The notes beneath the pieces were generated by a model that saw only the letters and a list, made by a program, of their open reading frames with translations, did no database searches and was not told where the DNA came from. 64,000 bases of DNA from Macrostomum lignano (lineage: Eukaryota). Shown piece after piece: positions 23,776 through 36,698 of the stretch (the stretch's first letter is position 1; every line of letters begins with the position of its first letter). The position numbers and the translations under genes are program-made. The stretch covers positions 682,001 through 746,000 of the forward strand of contig NIVC01000130.1 of the NCBI GenBank assembly GCA_002269645.1, given 5' to 3'.

Positions 23776-24380
23776 CAGGTACATGTAAATCTCTTGACGT
23801 GCGTAAGAAGTCTCGTGTACTCGAGTAGTCGAGTTTAAGCTGTTCATAGTCATCAATATTTCGTTAAATTGGTAAGCTGTTGTACGTAACATGCACGAAA
23901 AATTGTAGCTTGGTAACTTTGTGTAAAGCAATCGAAATGCATCAACTACTAACATATATTTCAACTACTCGTATTAGCAGTCTCGATAAGAAAATGTAAA
24001 CCCTTTCATCAGTGTGCATTCCTCCTTTACATAACCCACCCCACGCCACTGCCACCCCACTTCACTCTGAGAGAGGTTTATTTTGGGGGCGTCCGATACA
24101 GGGTTGATGCTCTTGCAGACTCAAACAAAGCATTTTGGCTCCATCTCCCCAGAAGCGCTAAAATAGACCAAGTCAATAGAAATGTACAGTGGCAAGCATT
24201 AGACCTACTGCTTTTGATGCAGCGCCAATTCCTAGGGCTGCTATTTAATGGCAAGCGCGAATTTTGCTCTGAAGGGGTGCACGTACACTGAGAGATGAGA
24301 TTATTAGGAGTACTAGCCTGCAAAATGAATCGTGCATGAAAGCTGTTTGCATCTAGGTTCTGCTCTGAGAAGACAAATAT

Positions 24381-25745
24381 ATGTCTGTAAAAGACAGCTC
24401 TATGGAGCGAACAAACATCGAGGTCAGCAAGATGAAGTCCATCTGCCGAAGACTATTTTGCATGCGCTTCTCGTCCAGTGGTCGACTGCAGTTCAACAGG
24501 ATCAGTCTGTTGGCTCTGGTTGCGTATCTTCTGCTTGTGCAACTACTCTTGGCGCACCTTTGGCGAAGCACTTATAAGATACACTCCATGGAGATTCGCT
24601 TGCCGCAGGCGGCTCTGTCGAGCCAGACGCCCGGAGCTTACTTGTGCACCGCTGTCAGCCTCCGAGACCCGAGGAACGCGTCAGCAATCAGGCCAATCTA
24701 CATCGTCGAGTTCGAGCCGCTGGTGCCACCGAATCCAACAAACTCCGAGATCCATGTGCATCACATGCTACTCGCCGAATGCAACGAGCTACCAGAAGGT
24801 GTCGGCGTCAATGGGCACGGCTGGTGGAACTGTGGTCTGGGACACCACAAAGACAGCGCCGTATCCGGGAACAGCAGCAAAGAGATGTGCTCGGTACGGC
24901 AGCGGTACCTGTTCGCCTATTCGAACAGTGCGGAAGCGTTCCAGCTACCGCGGAAGGTCGCGATGCCCGTGGGAGACTCTCGTTTCTACGGCGGAGCGCA
25001 CCTGGTGCTGCAGGTACGAAGATCTACATATTTTGTGTCTCATAATAAGTACAAGCAAATGTCTCGTACTGACAACTAATTATGCGTAAATGACAACCAG
25101 GTGCACTACTCTAGTGGAAACCAACGGTTGCACGTCCATCCAAATCAGCATCACTCCCCTGCAGTTGGAGACCGCAGGCCCGGTCTCCGTCTCCGCTACC
25201 TGAATGAGACGGGAAATCATTACCGAGTGGCCGGAGTCCACCTGTCTTCAACGTCGATCAGACCCGACGTCCGCTCTCGACACACCACCGGCTGTGAGTA
25301 CACTGGCGAACTGCCGATAAGACCATTTGGTCTTCGGGTGCACACTCACTCGCTGGGCAGGCTGGTCTCCGTGTACAGAGTGCGTCGGCCCCGGCTGCCC
25401 CAGGACCCGATGGTTTGGCACCTCATCGGCCAGGCCGACCCGCGCCAACCGCAGGCCTACTATGCCGCAAATGCGAGCAGCGACCTGACAGTGAAGCCAG
25501 GCGATCTCATTGCGACAGCGTGCGCCACTACAGGCGGCAGAGGTGGCAGGTCCGCCCCAGTTGAGACGTGCAACGCCTGGCTCATTTTCTGGTTTGAGCA
25601 GTTGGACGCATTGTCGAAAGTGACTGGGCCGGATGGCCACGAGGGCAAAGTGGATCTGCAACAAGACTGCATCAGTAGTGGCTCGGCGTTGAGCCTCTGG
25701 TCTGATGCGCCGAAATGGGTTGAGAAGCAGGCTTTTTTGGTGTAA
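24381..25745 (+). CDS. PHM: Monofunctional peptidylglycine alpha-hydroxylating monooxygenase (PHM)-like protein, 425 aa. Exons 24381-25013, 25101-25745
   Basis: Motifs AYLC, HVHHMLLAEC, LVLQ|VHY, LRVHTHSLGRLVSVYRVR, LIGQADPRQPQAYY, VKPGDLIATAC, ETCN correspond to the copper type II ascorbate-dependent monooxygenase domains. 87-bp phase-0 GT-AG intron; N-terminal hydrophobic anchor; no PAL domain. Confidence 0.88.
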
Positions 25746-26149
25746 TCAGTACTTATAGTAATCACTTTTGGTGACTGTTTTTTTAACTATTGAATGGAAT
25801 TCAAGTTTGAATTTATGTTTGCTCATTACATTCGCAAGAAATTTCAACAGTGATAATCGCTTGCTAATTCTGGTTAAAAAACTTCTGTGCATCTTCAAGC
25901 TGTTAAAAGCTTATTTCATTCTTTAAATACGAGTATTCCTCCAAATTACACCCATGATGAATCATTGATGATTATTAGTTTTGGCTTGAAATCTTTACAC
26001 GTAAGTATTGTATTGCTTTATATTCCAGCTTTTACTACGAGTAGAATATGCAGGTGCTGCTGTCCTTTGCTTCTTCAGTAAGTCAGCTTAAATAATTGGG
26101 TTTTTGTTCTACGAGTTTGTATTTTACTTCAATGTGTAATTTTTACGAT

Positions 26150-27420
26150 GCTGTCAGATTCCATATAATGTTTGTAGTGACTTGTCAGATCCCATATGAT
26201 GTCTGTAGTAATTTTCAGATCTCTGAATATGATGTCCGTAGTGACTGTCAAATCTTATATGATGTTTGTAGTGACTGTCAGATCTCATATGATAGTGATT
26301 TTCAGTTCTCATATGATGTCCGTGGTGACAGTGAAATCCCATTGGATGTCTGTAGTGACCGTCAGATCCCATATGATGTCTGTAGTGATTTTCAGATCCC
26401 ATAGAATGTCTGTAGTGACTGTCAGATCCCATAGAATGTCTGTAGTGACTGTCAGATCCCATAGAATGTCTGTAGTGACCGTCAGATCCCATATGATGTC
26501 TGTAGTGATTTTCAGATCCCATAGAATGTCTGTAGTGACTGTCAAATCCCATAGAATGTCTGTAGTGACCGTCAGATCCCATATGATGTCTGTAGTGATT
26601 TTCAGATCCCATAGAATGTCTGTAGTGACTGTCAAATCCCATAGAATGTCTGTAGTGACTGTCAGTTTTCATATGATGTCCGTAGTGACAGTGAAATCCC
26701 ATTGGATGTCTGTAGTGACCGTCAGATCCCATATGATGTCTGTAGTGATTTTCAGATCCCATAGAATGTCTGTAGTGACTTTCAAATCCCATAGAATGTC
26801 TGTAGTGACTGTCAAATCCCATAGAATGTCTGTAGTGACTGTCAGATCCCACAGAATGTCTGTAGTGACCGTCAGATCCCATATGATGTCTGTAGTGATT
26901 TTCAGATCCCATAGAATGTCTGTAGTGACTGTCAAATCCCATAGAATGTCTGTAGTGTCTGTCAGATCCCATAGAATGTCTGTAGTGACTGTCAGATCCC
27001 ATAGAATGTCTGTAGTGACTGTCAGATCCCATAGAATGTCTGTAGTGACTGTCAGATCCCATAGAATGTCTGTAGTGACCGTCAGATCCCATATGATGTC
27101 TGTAGTGATTTTCAGATCCCATAGAATGTCTGTAGTGACTGTCAAATCCCATAGAATGTCTGTAGTGTCTGTCAGATCCCATAGAATGTCTGTAGTGACT
27201 GTCAGATCCCATAGAATGTCTGTAGTGACCGTCAGATCCCATATGATGTCTGTAGTGATTTTCAGATCCCATAGAATGTCTGTAGTGACTGTCAAATCCC
27301 ATAGAATGTCTGTAGTGACTGTCAGATCCCATAGAATGTCTGTAGTGACTGTCAGATCCCATAGAATGTCTGTAGTGACCGTCAGATCCCATATGATGTC
27401 TGTAGTGATTTTCAGATCCC
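26150..27420. repeat. 30-bp minisatellite (GATCCCATAGAATGTCTGTAGTGACTGTCA) with higher-order variant pattern
   Basis: About 42 units; source of ~410-aa ORFs on both strands. Confidence 0.95.
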
Positions 27421-28760
27421 CATAGTCACTACGCTGATTGACCAACTGTGAAGTCTCAATTGTGCTGAGCGATTGCTCAGACGCATCATGCTCTCTACAT
27501 GTTAGCTCTTACTCACCATTATGGTAACTAACTATTAGAATTACGTACTGTAATTATAATTTCCCTTGCGTTTTCTTTCTCTAACCTACACTATGCAACT
27601 GTGTGCTCCAGGCAGTGCTAGAATGTCTAATAGTGTGCGTGTGCATCGGATTTCCTTTCCCTGTATCATACCGGCCTATGAAATGCTGAGACCAACGACT
27701 TCACCTGGGCGAGTGTACATTCGATATTTGTAGACTATAGAGACCACTGAGTTCTAGAGTTAACTAGCTATCTGGATTGGAAAGCTAGAGCAACCTCGTG
27801 TATAAGAGAACTTTTTTAAACGTGGTGGAAGTGGAAGTAGTGGCATAGCCATAGCCTCAGGGATCATAGAGGTCATATGGGGGTCATGACGCGCCCCCAA
27901 ATAGCTAACGATGAAAATTTTGAATCTTAATTAATTTTATAATCGGCGCTATGGGCGCTGATTTAGCGCCACTGACTAGATGTTTCTCACACCTCTCAAA
28001 AAATGTTACGCTCCTAAAGAAGCTTTAAAGATTGAAATACAAGTAGCCGTGCCCGTGATCGATATCTTTCATTTTTTAGTCACTCAATGAACTTTTTACG
28101 AACTTCCCGCAAACAAGCGGTACATGTAGAGGACAATTGACAAGGCATTAATAGCGTGCCTATTGATAAGTTCCGCTGAACCTGCGGGGTAAGTCCATGT
28201 CCTGTCCCGCCTGTTATTCTTCCTTTGGCGAGGCGGTGCGTTTAACAACTGTCAATGGGGTTGTTAACTTGTTTCCTTTCTAATTCTAGTCTAGATTTCG
28301 TTAAGTCTAGAACTCCGTGACTCACCGCCCCGCCCCAAACCCCCCTTTACCACCCACCACCCCAAGCACCCACCACCCCAAGTACCCACCACCCCGAACA
28401 CCCACCACCCCATACCCTCGTGCCGCACATGACCAACTCTGCCCTCTCCTCGCTTGCGCGTAGAAAATAGCTTGCTCCTGCAGATGCTCTAGCTTCTATG
28501 TAGAATAGAACGAGAACCCAGCCAGCGCCCACTCCCTTCCCCATTGCCCTCTAGCTGTATATATTAACTGTACATTGTACAATTAATTCCTGCAAACTCA
28601 CTTTTTAGTTAAGCAAGAATAAATATTCTCCCACGCTGGGCTTTTACAGTCCTTAACTGTTTACTGTGCTCCAGCCCTAAACAAAAAGCGACAAGCTAAG
28701 ATAAGATAAGAGATAATTAGAGCCACTTGCAACTCCCGTAACACAAATTAGCTTCCCCAA

Positions 28761-31700
28761 ATGGACTCTACTCAGTCTACTGCAGTCACAACGTCCAATA
28801 GCACTAGCAGCCTAGTGTACATCAGTCGTCGAATTCTAGACGACATCAAGCACAGTCGCAATTCCGACATTAAACGACACGCTATCTATCCGGAGGAGCG
28901 AGCTCTAACCCTGCCAATTGAAGAGGCGATTATCTACGCTATCCAGATGATTAATAGCGATGCTGTTCATCGATTGATTGAGCTGTGTGGTCGGACTAGG
29001 ATTAACTTCCGTTATACTGGTGAGTGACGCTTGCCGGAAAATTCCGGATAATCAAAAGATAGGCAAAAAATAGAATGTCGCCATGACGCAAAACGAAAAC
29101 AGATAAATTGATGTCAGTGGCCAGCGGTGGCGCCTGACCAAAACAGGTGTCAGCGTGGTGTTAAAAATGGGCATCAATGTACGTGGCGTTAAACTGCAAA
29201 CGTGCGTTGAAGGCACCAGCCACGAGGACTCGAAACCATTCCCTTCCTTATCCATTCTCCCAGACTCCCGAGGTCGACGCTTCATCCACCACGCCGCCGA
29301 GTCGGGCAGCGCAACCCTCATCAGAGTGTTCCTGACCAGCGGCCCGCTGAACGTGCAGGACGCCGACGGCTGGACGCCGCTGCTCCGAGCAGCTGATCGA
29401 GGCCACACTCAAGTAATCGAAATTCTCAGCCAAGAGTCCTCGGTGAACATGCCGAAGACTCCGCGACCGGAGATCATGTCCGCGCTACACCTGGCAGTCC
29501 GGGGGCGCCATTGCGACTGCGTTGACGCGCTGCTGGCGCGGGGCGCCTGTCCCGACATGCTGGCTGGCGGAGGCGAGACGCCGCTGCACCTGGCCGTGGA
29601 GTCCGGCTGCCTGCACTGCGCCCTGGCGGTTCTGGAGCGCGGAGCCGACCCCCGCTGCGTGGACGTCTACGGGCAGACGCCGCTGCACCTGGCCGCTAAG
29701 AGGGACAACGTGACCATGGCCGATTGTCTGCTGAATGCCGGAGCCGAGCCCTGCGCCAGGGACACCAACGGAAAGTCGCCGCTGCATCAGGTGAGCGTGT
29801 TCTACAAATTGGCGCAAGTCTTCTTCTAGATTTAGAGGCCTCCATCCTTGAAATAGCCTCCGTTAGTGACAGAATGTCAGGTAAATCGCTGACAGAATCG
29901 CTAACCAGTGTTCAAAACCTTGACTTACCAGTGACCGAAAATCTCTCGTCAGTGGCAAAAGACGTCTAGCTTCTAAGCCAGTGCCAGAACCCCAGAACCT
30001 CGTACCAGTGCCAGCATTTTATCTAAAAGTGCTAGAACCTCGTATTATACATGTACATTTACCTTGGCCGGAACCTCAGTCACTGAACAAGCCCTCATCA
30101 ATCTCATTCATTTCCCCAATCCGCAGGCCATCTTAAACGATCGCTGGGTCATGGCTGACTACCTGCTCGCACAACCTGGCGTCGATGTCAACTCCGCCGA
30201 TCATCAGGGCGTCAGACCGCTGCATCTGGTCATCATTCGTTGCGCCGGCAGCTCCGGGATGCTCTTGGCCAACGCTGGTCAGGCAGCGTCGGCATCAGCT
30301 GCAACCTCGACAGCTGCAGCTCCGACGATCGAAGCTGCTCGCATTGAACTGCTTGAGAAGCTGCTGGCTCAGGGCGCTGATGTGAGTTCAAGGGTGATCG
30401 ATAATGGAAAGTGTTAGATCGGCGTTGAAGACATTCGCAGCTGATTTTATTCGACTACAAAACCGCCCAATATGACGCCAAAACGCAAAACTACTCAATA
30501 TACGACTACCACTGAAAAACACATTTAGCTACATGAACGCTCGTACACAGAAAACAGTAACGCAATACCTTTCTCAAACGACGTGGTTTCTAGGGCAAAG
30601 GGTGACTCATGGTCTCTGAATCACTTCCTCCCTTCCCCTCTGTCTGCATGAGACTACTTAAGCTTAATATTTCGTGTACTCCAAAAGGGCGTCGCCGCTC
30701 AAGCACAGCCCAATCCTCTAGTGCTTGCTACCTTCAGATTCAGGAGTGAGCGAGTGGGCAACCAACTGCCAGTCAACTTACTGAATCATTGATTTGACGC
30801 TCTGCGAACCCAGAAATCAATATCGCTGCTTGGAATTTCTTAGCCATAATATAGTCTGCACGGGGGACAGGGGGTAGAGTGTGTCTGAATTTCGCGTTAA
30901 AGTATCGTGGTTCGATTCCACATTAATTTGGGAATTGTGCACTCAAATTAACCAGCTGGCTTGTCGTGAGATTCACGACCCCTAAGGCACAATCGAGAGT
31001 TTACATGCCTGACGATCAGAAATTCAAGGCCTCTGGAGTCTGTAAAACCCTGTGTATGTTCCAGGCTCGATTCCTATAGTGCAGTCACATTAAGTTGGGT
31101 CTAACTTGGAATCTCGGCTTGGCTCTGCTCGTGCCATTAACGCCCTAAGGAACAGTAAAGTCTGCATGCCTAACGATATATCACGTTGGGCCGCTATAAA
31201 CTCCTGTGTGTGCCTGTGCTTATGATTGCGTACGTATCCTTGCGCTTATGTGCCTGCTCAGGGGAGTCGGCGGAAGTGGCAGTAATGCCTCTCGCCGGTT
31301 GTGTGACAATGTCGCTTAAAGTGCGCCAGAGTGCACATAGCCCATGCTTCTAATAGAAAAAGTACATCCTGTGTGATTACATGCTCAACTGGTGCATGAC
31401 TGTTAGTTCGCTCTTCGATTTGAAAGCAGGCGTCTTCTGCACCTGTACCTCTTCTGTCAACCTAATCAGGTAAACGCGCTGACAGACGAGGCTGGCGAGT
31501 CGCCGCTCTCCTTGGCGGTGACCTCCGGTAGCGAGGCTCTGGTCCGCCTTCTACTAGCCAACGGTGCCAGCGTCTTATCCGCCGACAAGAACGGCGCGAG
31601 CCCGCTGCACCGAGCGAACCTCTTGACCACTTCGTCTAGGAACTCGATCCTGTCCGCGCTGATTGAGCACGGCTGCGATGTGAACTCCTGCGACAAATTT

Positions 31701-33715
31701 GGTTATTCACCAATTAGTAAATGCGTCTTCCAGCTCATGGTCGATCGGATAACGCAAGCCGACTGCTTCGAGGGACTGCGGCTCATGGTGCGGGCTGGGG
31801 CCACGCTGGGTCCCCTGCGGCGGCCTCAAGAGCAGCAGCAGCAGATGCAGCAGGTACTTACTTTGCACCTTGCTTTGTACCAGCAATATTTAATTAGATA
31901 CTAGTAGATTGTTTCGGAAGAGTGCTTGCGGTAGAGTAGCCAGCCAAATTGTCTCGGTAGAGTGTCTGAGTAGAGTAGCTGAGTAGAGTGTCTAAGTAGA
32001 GTGTCTGAGTAGAGTGTCTGAGTAGAGTAGCTGAGTAGAGTGTCTAAGTAGAGTGTCTGAGTAGAGTGTCTGAGTAGAGTAGCTGAGAAGAGTAGCCGAG
32101 GAGAGTGTCTGAGTAGAGTGTCTGAGTAGAGTGTCTGAGTAGAGTAGCTGAGAAGAGTAGCCGAGGAGAGTGTCTGAGTAGAGTGTCTGAGTAGAGTGTC
32201 TGAGTAGAGTAGCTGATTAGAGTAGCTGAGTAGAATGTCTGAGTAGAGTGTCTGAGTAGAGTAGCTGAGAAGAGTAACTGAGTAGTGTGTCTGAGCAGAG
32301 CAGCTCAGCAGAGCGGTGTGTCGCTGTGACCAGGCTGCTGCTCAATCCGCCCCATCCCGCACATCGATCCCGCCCAGCAGCAGCCCGCTCGCCAGCTGAA
32401 CTCGCCCATCGTGTTTCTGGCGTGGCGCGGCCACTGGCCCGGCGTGATGTTCCTAATCCGGTGCGGCTGGCGCCTTCAAGACGACGCCAATCTGCTCCCG
32501 GTGCTCACCGCGTCCGCCGGCTCGCTGCTGCCGCCCGACCCCGTCAGGGAGCGGCTGGCCCGCTGGGTGGAGGCCGCGTGGCTGCGCCGGCCGGCTACTC
32601 TGGCGCACCTGTGCCGCGCCTCCGTGCGGGAACACCTGGGCGGAGTGCTGGCGGAACAGGTGAGGATCTGGGACAGGGGTGGGGTGTGACTAGGATCCGA
32701 GGTATTAGGATATATAGGATTTGGGGATCTAGGATTTCGATCTTGGATGTCGGCATCTCACAAAGATTCCCTAACTAAAGATTCAGTATGAACTTAACCG
32801 ACCCAGACGCGACCCCAGTATTTATAATTTGGGATTTGGATTTTGGCATTAGGAATATGGGATTTGAAATATAGAACTTGGGATTTGGGATTTGGGATCT
32901 GAGATATGGGATTTGTATTGTAGGAAATGTGATTTGGGATATGAGATTTTAGATTGGATTCGGTATATGGGATTTGCGATTTGAGATAAGGGATTAGGAA
33001 TCCAGGAACTTGAACCCACGAGCAAGAGTCATGTGTGTTACTATGGGTTCGTACTTTAGGCTTGCCAAATACGAGATGCTGAGGATTCCGTCTTGTCACA
33101 ACAATAACCGTCTTGTCACAACCATCCTAATGAACGGACGAGCGTATGCTCGTTCAATCCACGGGGTCTAGCGCGGCGCTCTGATGCGCCATGCGGCGCA
33201 GGCTCGATTCCAAGTGCAGTCGCATTAATTTGGGGCTAAACTGAAATCTCGGCTTGGCTCTGCTCGTGCAATTAACAACCCTGAGGGCCAACCCCCAAGG
33301 CACAGTGAAGTGTACATGCCTAGCGATAAATAGATTTTAGGGCCGCTGTACACTCCTGTATGAGTGTGTGCCTGCGCGTATGACTGCGTAAGTATCCGCG
33401 CGCTTGTGTGCCTGCTCAGGGGAGTCGGCGGAATGGGCAGTATAATGCCTCTTGCCGGTTGTGCGACAATGTCGCTTAAAGCGCGCGCCAGGGTGCACAC
33501 AGCCGCCTGCCAGCTCAACTCAAAAACAAAACCCCTCAATCCTGCCGCAGAAAATCAAGCAACTGCACCTGCCAATCAGTCTGAAATCCTACCTTCTCTA
33601 CGAGCCCGAGTGTCGGGCCTTTGAGGACACCTCGATGCAGGACTTTGACGAAGACTTCAGCGACTGTGACGCCGATCCAGAAGTCGAGGCTGAAGCCGGC
33701 ACGTCCAACGCTTGA
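28761..33715 (+). CDS. Ankyrin repeat and SOCS box-containing protein (ASB-like, ~622 aa). Exons 28761-29019, 29264-29790, 30127-30381, 31470-31853, 32381-32659 (NAGNAG/32396 alternative acceptors), 33551-33715
   Basis: Multiple ankyrin repeats (GWTPLLRAA, GETPLHLAV, GQTPLHLAA, GAD|VNALTDEAGESPLSLAV). C-terminal SOCS box split by the last intron (PATLAHLCRASVREHLGGVLAEQ|KIKQLHLPISLKSYLLY). Phases match; sum is 1869 nt. Confidence 0.9.
30900..31350 (+). mobile_element. tRNA-derived SINE copy (~31065-31350) preceded by an older diverged relative (~30900-31060)
   Basis: B-box-like GGCTCGATTCC/GGTTCGATTCC. Body matches the copies at 33160, 53300 and 59295 (ATCTCGGCTTGGCTCTGCTCGTG ... TGCTCAGGGGAGTCGGCGG ... 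GACAATGTCGCTTAAAG). Confidence 0.8.
31955..32290. repeat. 13-bp minisatellite (GAGTAGAGTGTCT/GAGTAGAGTAGCT)
   Basis: Tandem array in ASB intron 4. Confidence 0.92.
32820..33000. repeat. Degenerate GGGATTT telomere-like repeat
   Basis: Same motif family as 16355-16860, opposite strand. Confidence 0.7.
33160..33510 (+). mobile_element. tRNA-derived SINE copy
   Basis: Head GGTCTAGCGCGGCGCTCTGATGCGCC...GGCTCGATTCC; ~350-bp body shared with three other copies. Confidence 0.82.
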
Positions 33716-35974
33716 CTTTTGAATCTCTCTGGCCCAGAGAAACCCTGGGAAGGGCGCGCAGCTTTCACAGTTTTTTGCTGTCATCAGCGAGATAAAGGAA
33801 GTTTTCTGATGTTTTGTAGCACCAAATATCTAACCTGTGCACTCAGAGATGCACTCAAAAGTTTATCGAGAAAAAATTGAAAAGCATCGTTGAAGAGCGG
33901 CAACGTAACGTAAAACTACCCTGATGCAGAGAAATTTCTAGTCGATCATTATTAACTGCTCTGCAGGATTCTGTAACTCATCAACTGCTAAAAAGGAAGT
34001 TAGACAAGAAGCAATACAATTACTACTTTTAGTGATACGTAACGCTTCATTTTGACGTTTTATTTTTCCTGCGATCTCATGAGCAATGGTGTATACGATG
34101 TTACGATTTTCGTATTTTTTAGCTGAAAAATGTTATTATCATCTGCATGGTACCACAGTCACAGTCGTGCCGAAAACTGCATGGTTCGATTCCTACTAGC
34201 GCGAACTAAAATAGCCACATGTAATCTGAGGCTTGTCCAAGTCCAAGAGGGCGGACCTGTTACTGATTATTTTGTTATAGTCTGTCAGCTATTAGTGTTG
34301 TAACCGTCTTTGATTAACGTATTGATGAAGCTAAAATATAACATGATGCATGACGAAAATTCTAAAAAGTTTCCTATCTTCTAGTTCAAAATTGTATTTA
34401 TAAATATCTGCTCTTTCACTAAATTAAATTCATTGTTAGCACATACGATTATTTTATTTGGCTGTTTCTCATTTATTAAACCCACTGTCTGTTGAGCAGA
34501 TAGCTAGTGCGAGTTCTTAGGCCACAAGTTAGTTGCTTGTTTCTATATAAACTGTTCTTTAAACAAAAATCAAAGTATAGCTACATAAATTATTTTATCG
34601 AGTGGAACCATTTTTCATGATTAATTTATCAAAAATTAACTGTATCGGATTTAGTATTTTAAATATTTTTGTTGTTTTCATTCAAAATTCATTTAGCTAA
34701 AGTTATTCAAATTCAACTTTGAACTCAAAATAGAAATGTCCTACATTTTATAATTTGTTACTTGTTAGTAAAAAACTAAAAAATTTCCCAAAACTGATTG
34801 ACGCGAAACTAGCTTATATTATTGATGAATCTAAATATGTTTATTAATAAACATACCGGTAAATAAGGATTTGGCATGATGCAGCTTTAGATATAGTGGT
34901 TATTCGTACTGTACCCTTTTAAATCCAGTAAATCCAGAATTAAAAATGAAGTCAATTTTTTCATTTTGAAGCTTCAAAAAATTATCTTTAGACAGCCGAC
35001 TTCAATAACTAAAACTTTAATTTTAACAAAATCATTTTTAGAATGAGGCACAATGACAACTGAAACCAGTGATTGGATAGCTAATAAAACAGAGTATATT
35101 GTCTTTTGGCAAAATATAGGCAAGGCAAATGAAATATAAAAATATAACTATAGAAAAAGTTAATAATACCAGCAGCAACTAATTTTTTAAATGATTTTAA
35201 AAATCAGACAGTACATCTGATTCTTGTGCATGGTAAATAATATTTACTATTAACTGTTACGGTTTGACAATGAATATTTTATTTGATTAAACAAACAGGC
35301 AAAATAATCGTTACAAATTACTGAATTTAGCTACAATGATAAGTTATAGTTCTATGTATATAGTATAGAAAACTTTTTTCATTGGACTCGTATTTGGATA
35401 AAAAAAGGCAAATGAAATTAACAAAAAATTCACCATTGAAAAAGCGATCTATGAGCAAACTGTTTTCGGATACAAATGATGAAGAGAAGACATGAACACG
35501 GCAAAACCAGCCAAATGTACGCTAAATATAATGGCAGTAGGAAAGGTGTACAAGCAGCGTATTTTGTTGTACAATGTAATGTCAAATAAAAACTATAATA
35601 AATACGCTCGTAATGTAGTGGAAATTTCTGAATAAAAATTAGTAATAAACACTATTAAGCATTGAAACCTTACCCCACTCATGCTGTATGATCACGAAAA
35701 GTTCAGAGAGAAATGGAAATCTACAAGCAGTGTAAGAACTTGTTTAATTTTTTTAAAATAAAAATTTTCAAAAGTTTTCAGCAGCAAGGATATAAAAACA
35801 TACACACTATAATAATTTCAGTAAATGTACAGCGGATAATAACCAATAGTAAAATTCTAAACAGTAAAACTAAAATATTAAATATGAGAAAACAACCTAA
35901 AATACCCATATTAAGTGTGAATAAACAAGATTTTTTGGCTTTGAAATCGTTCAGTTGTCCGTTATACTCGTATT

Positions 35975-36634
35975 TTAGTCTCTAAACGTAATCTCTTCGA
36001 CGCACTTCTTAGCTCTTTCTCGACAGGCCTCGGGCAGGTAGTCGAATTCCGTAATCATTTTAACACCGTTCAATAGCTCCTCGTCGCGTTTCCGTTTGAG
36101 CAGCAGGTCGGCCAGTCTAATCAAATAAACGGACGCCTCCTCATCTGGCACTCCGTCACCCATGGTGGCCATCATTCCTATAGCCAGGCCGACCGCTTCC
36201 ATCATGCTAGGCCGATCCCAGGGCCTCGAACGCAGGCTAACATTGCCCATTAGAACGTATGCACAGTCTAGCAGGCGGCGGAACATCACAGGCCGATTCC
36301 AGCCATCTTGGATCAACTCTTCTAGGCCGTCGATCACCTGCATGCGCGAGAGAAAGGACGGGATGTGAGGGATGAGTTTAAGGGGAGGGGGTGGGGGGCG
36401 GGCCATGTACATTTAGGGACGAGATTTAGCGTGTGTGTGTACATTTAGGGACGAGATTGAGTGAGTGAGTGAGTGAGCGAGTGAGTGAGTGAGTGAGTGA
36501 GTGAGTGAGTGAGTGAGTGAGTGAGTGAGTGAGTGAGTGAGTGAGCGAGTGAGTGAGTGAGTGAGTGAGTGAGTGAGTGAGTGAGTGAGTGAGTGAGTGA
36601 GTGAGTGAGTGAGTGAGTGAGTGAGTGACCGATT

Positions 36635-36698
<64 letters not shown>

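Noticed and set aside
26154-27425. His-rich MGSDSHYRHS x40 protein (412 aa) and antisense 409-aa ORF
   Set aside because: A 30-bp satellite that is open on both strands. Unit variants are mostly non-synonymous, and there is no signal peptide or unique flank.
27836-27975. Possible MITE with (C/T)AGTGGC ends
   Set aside because: The inverted match is only ~6-7 bp and no TSD was found.
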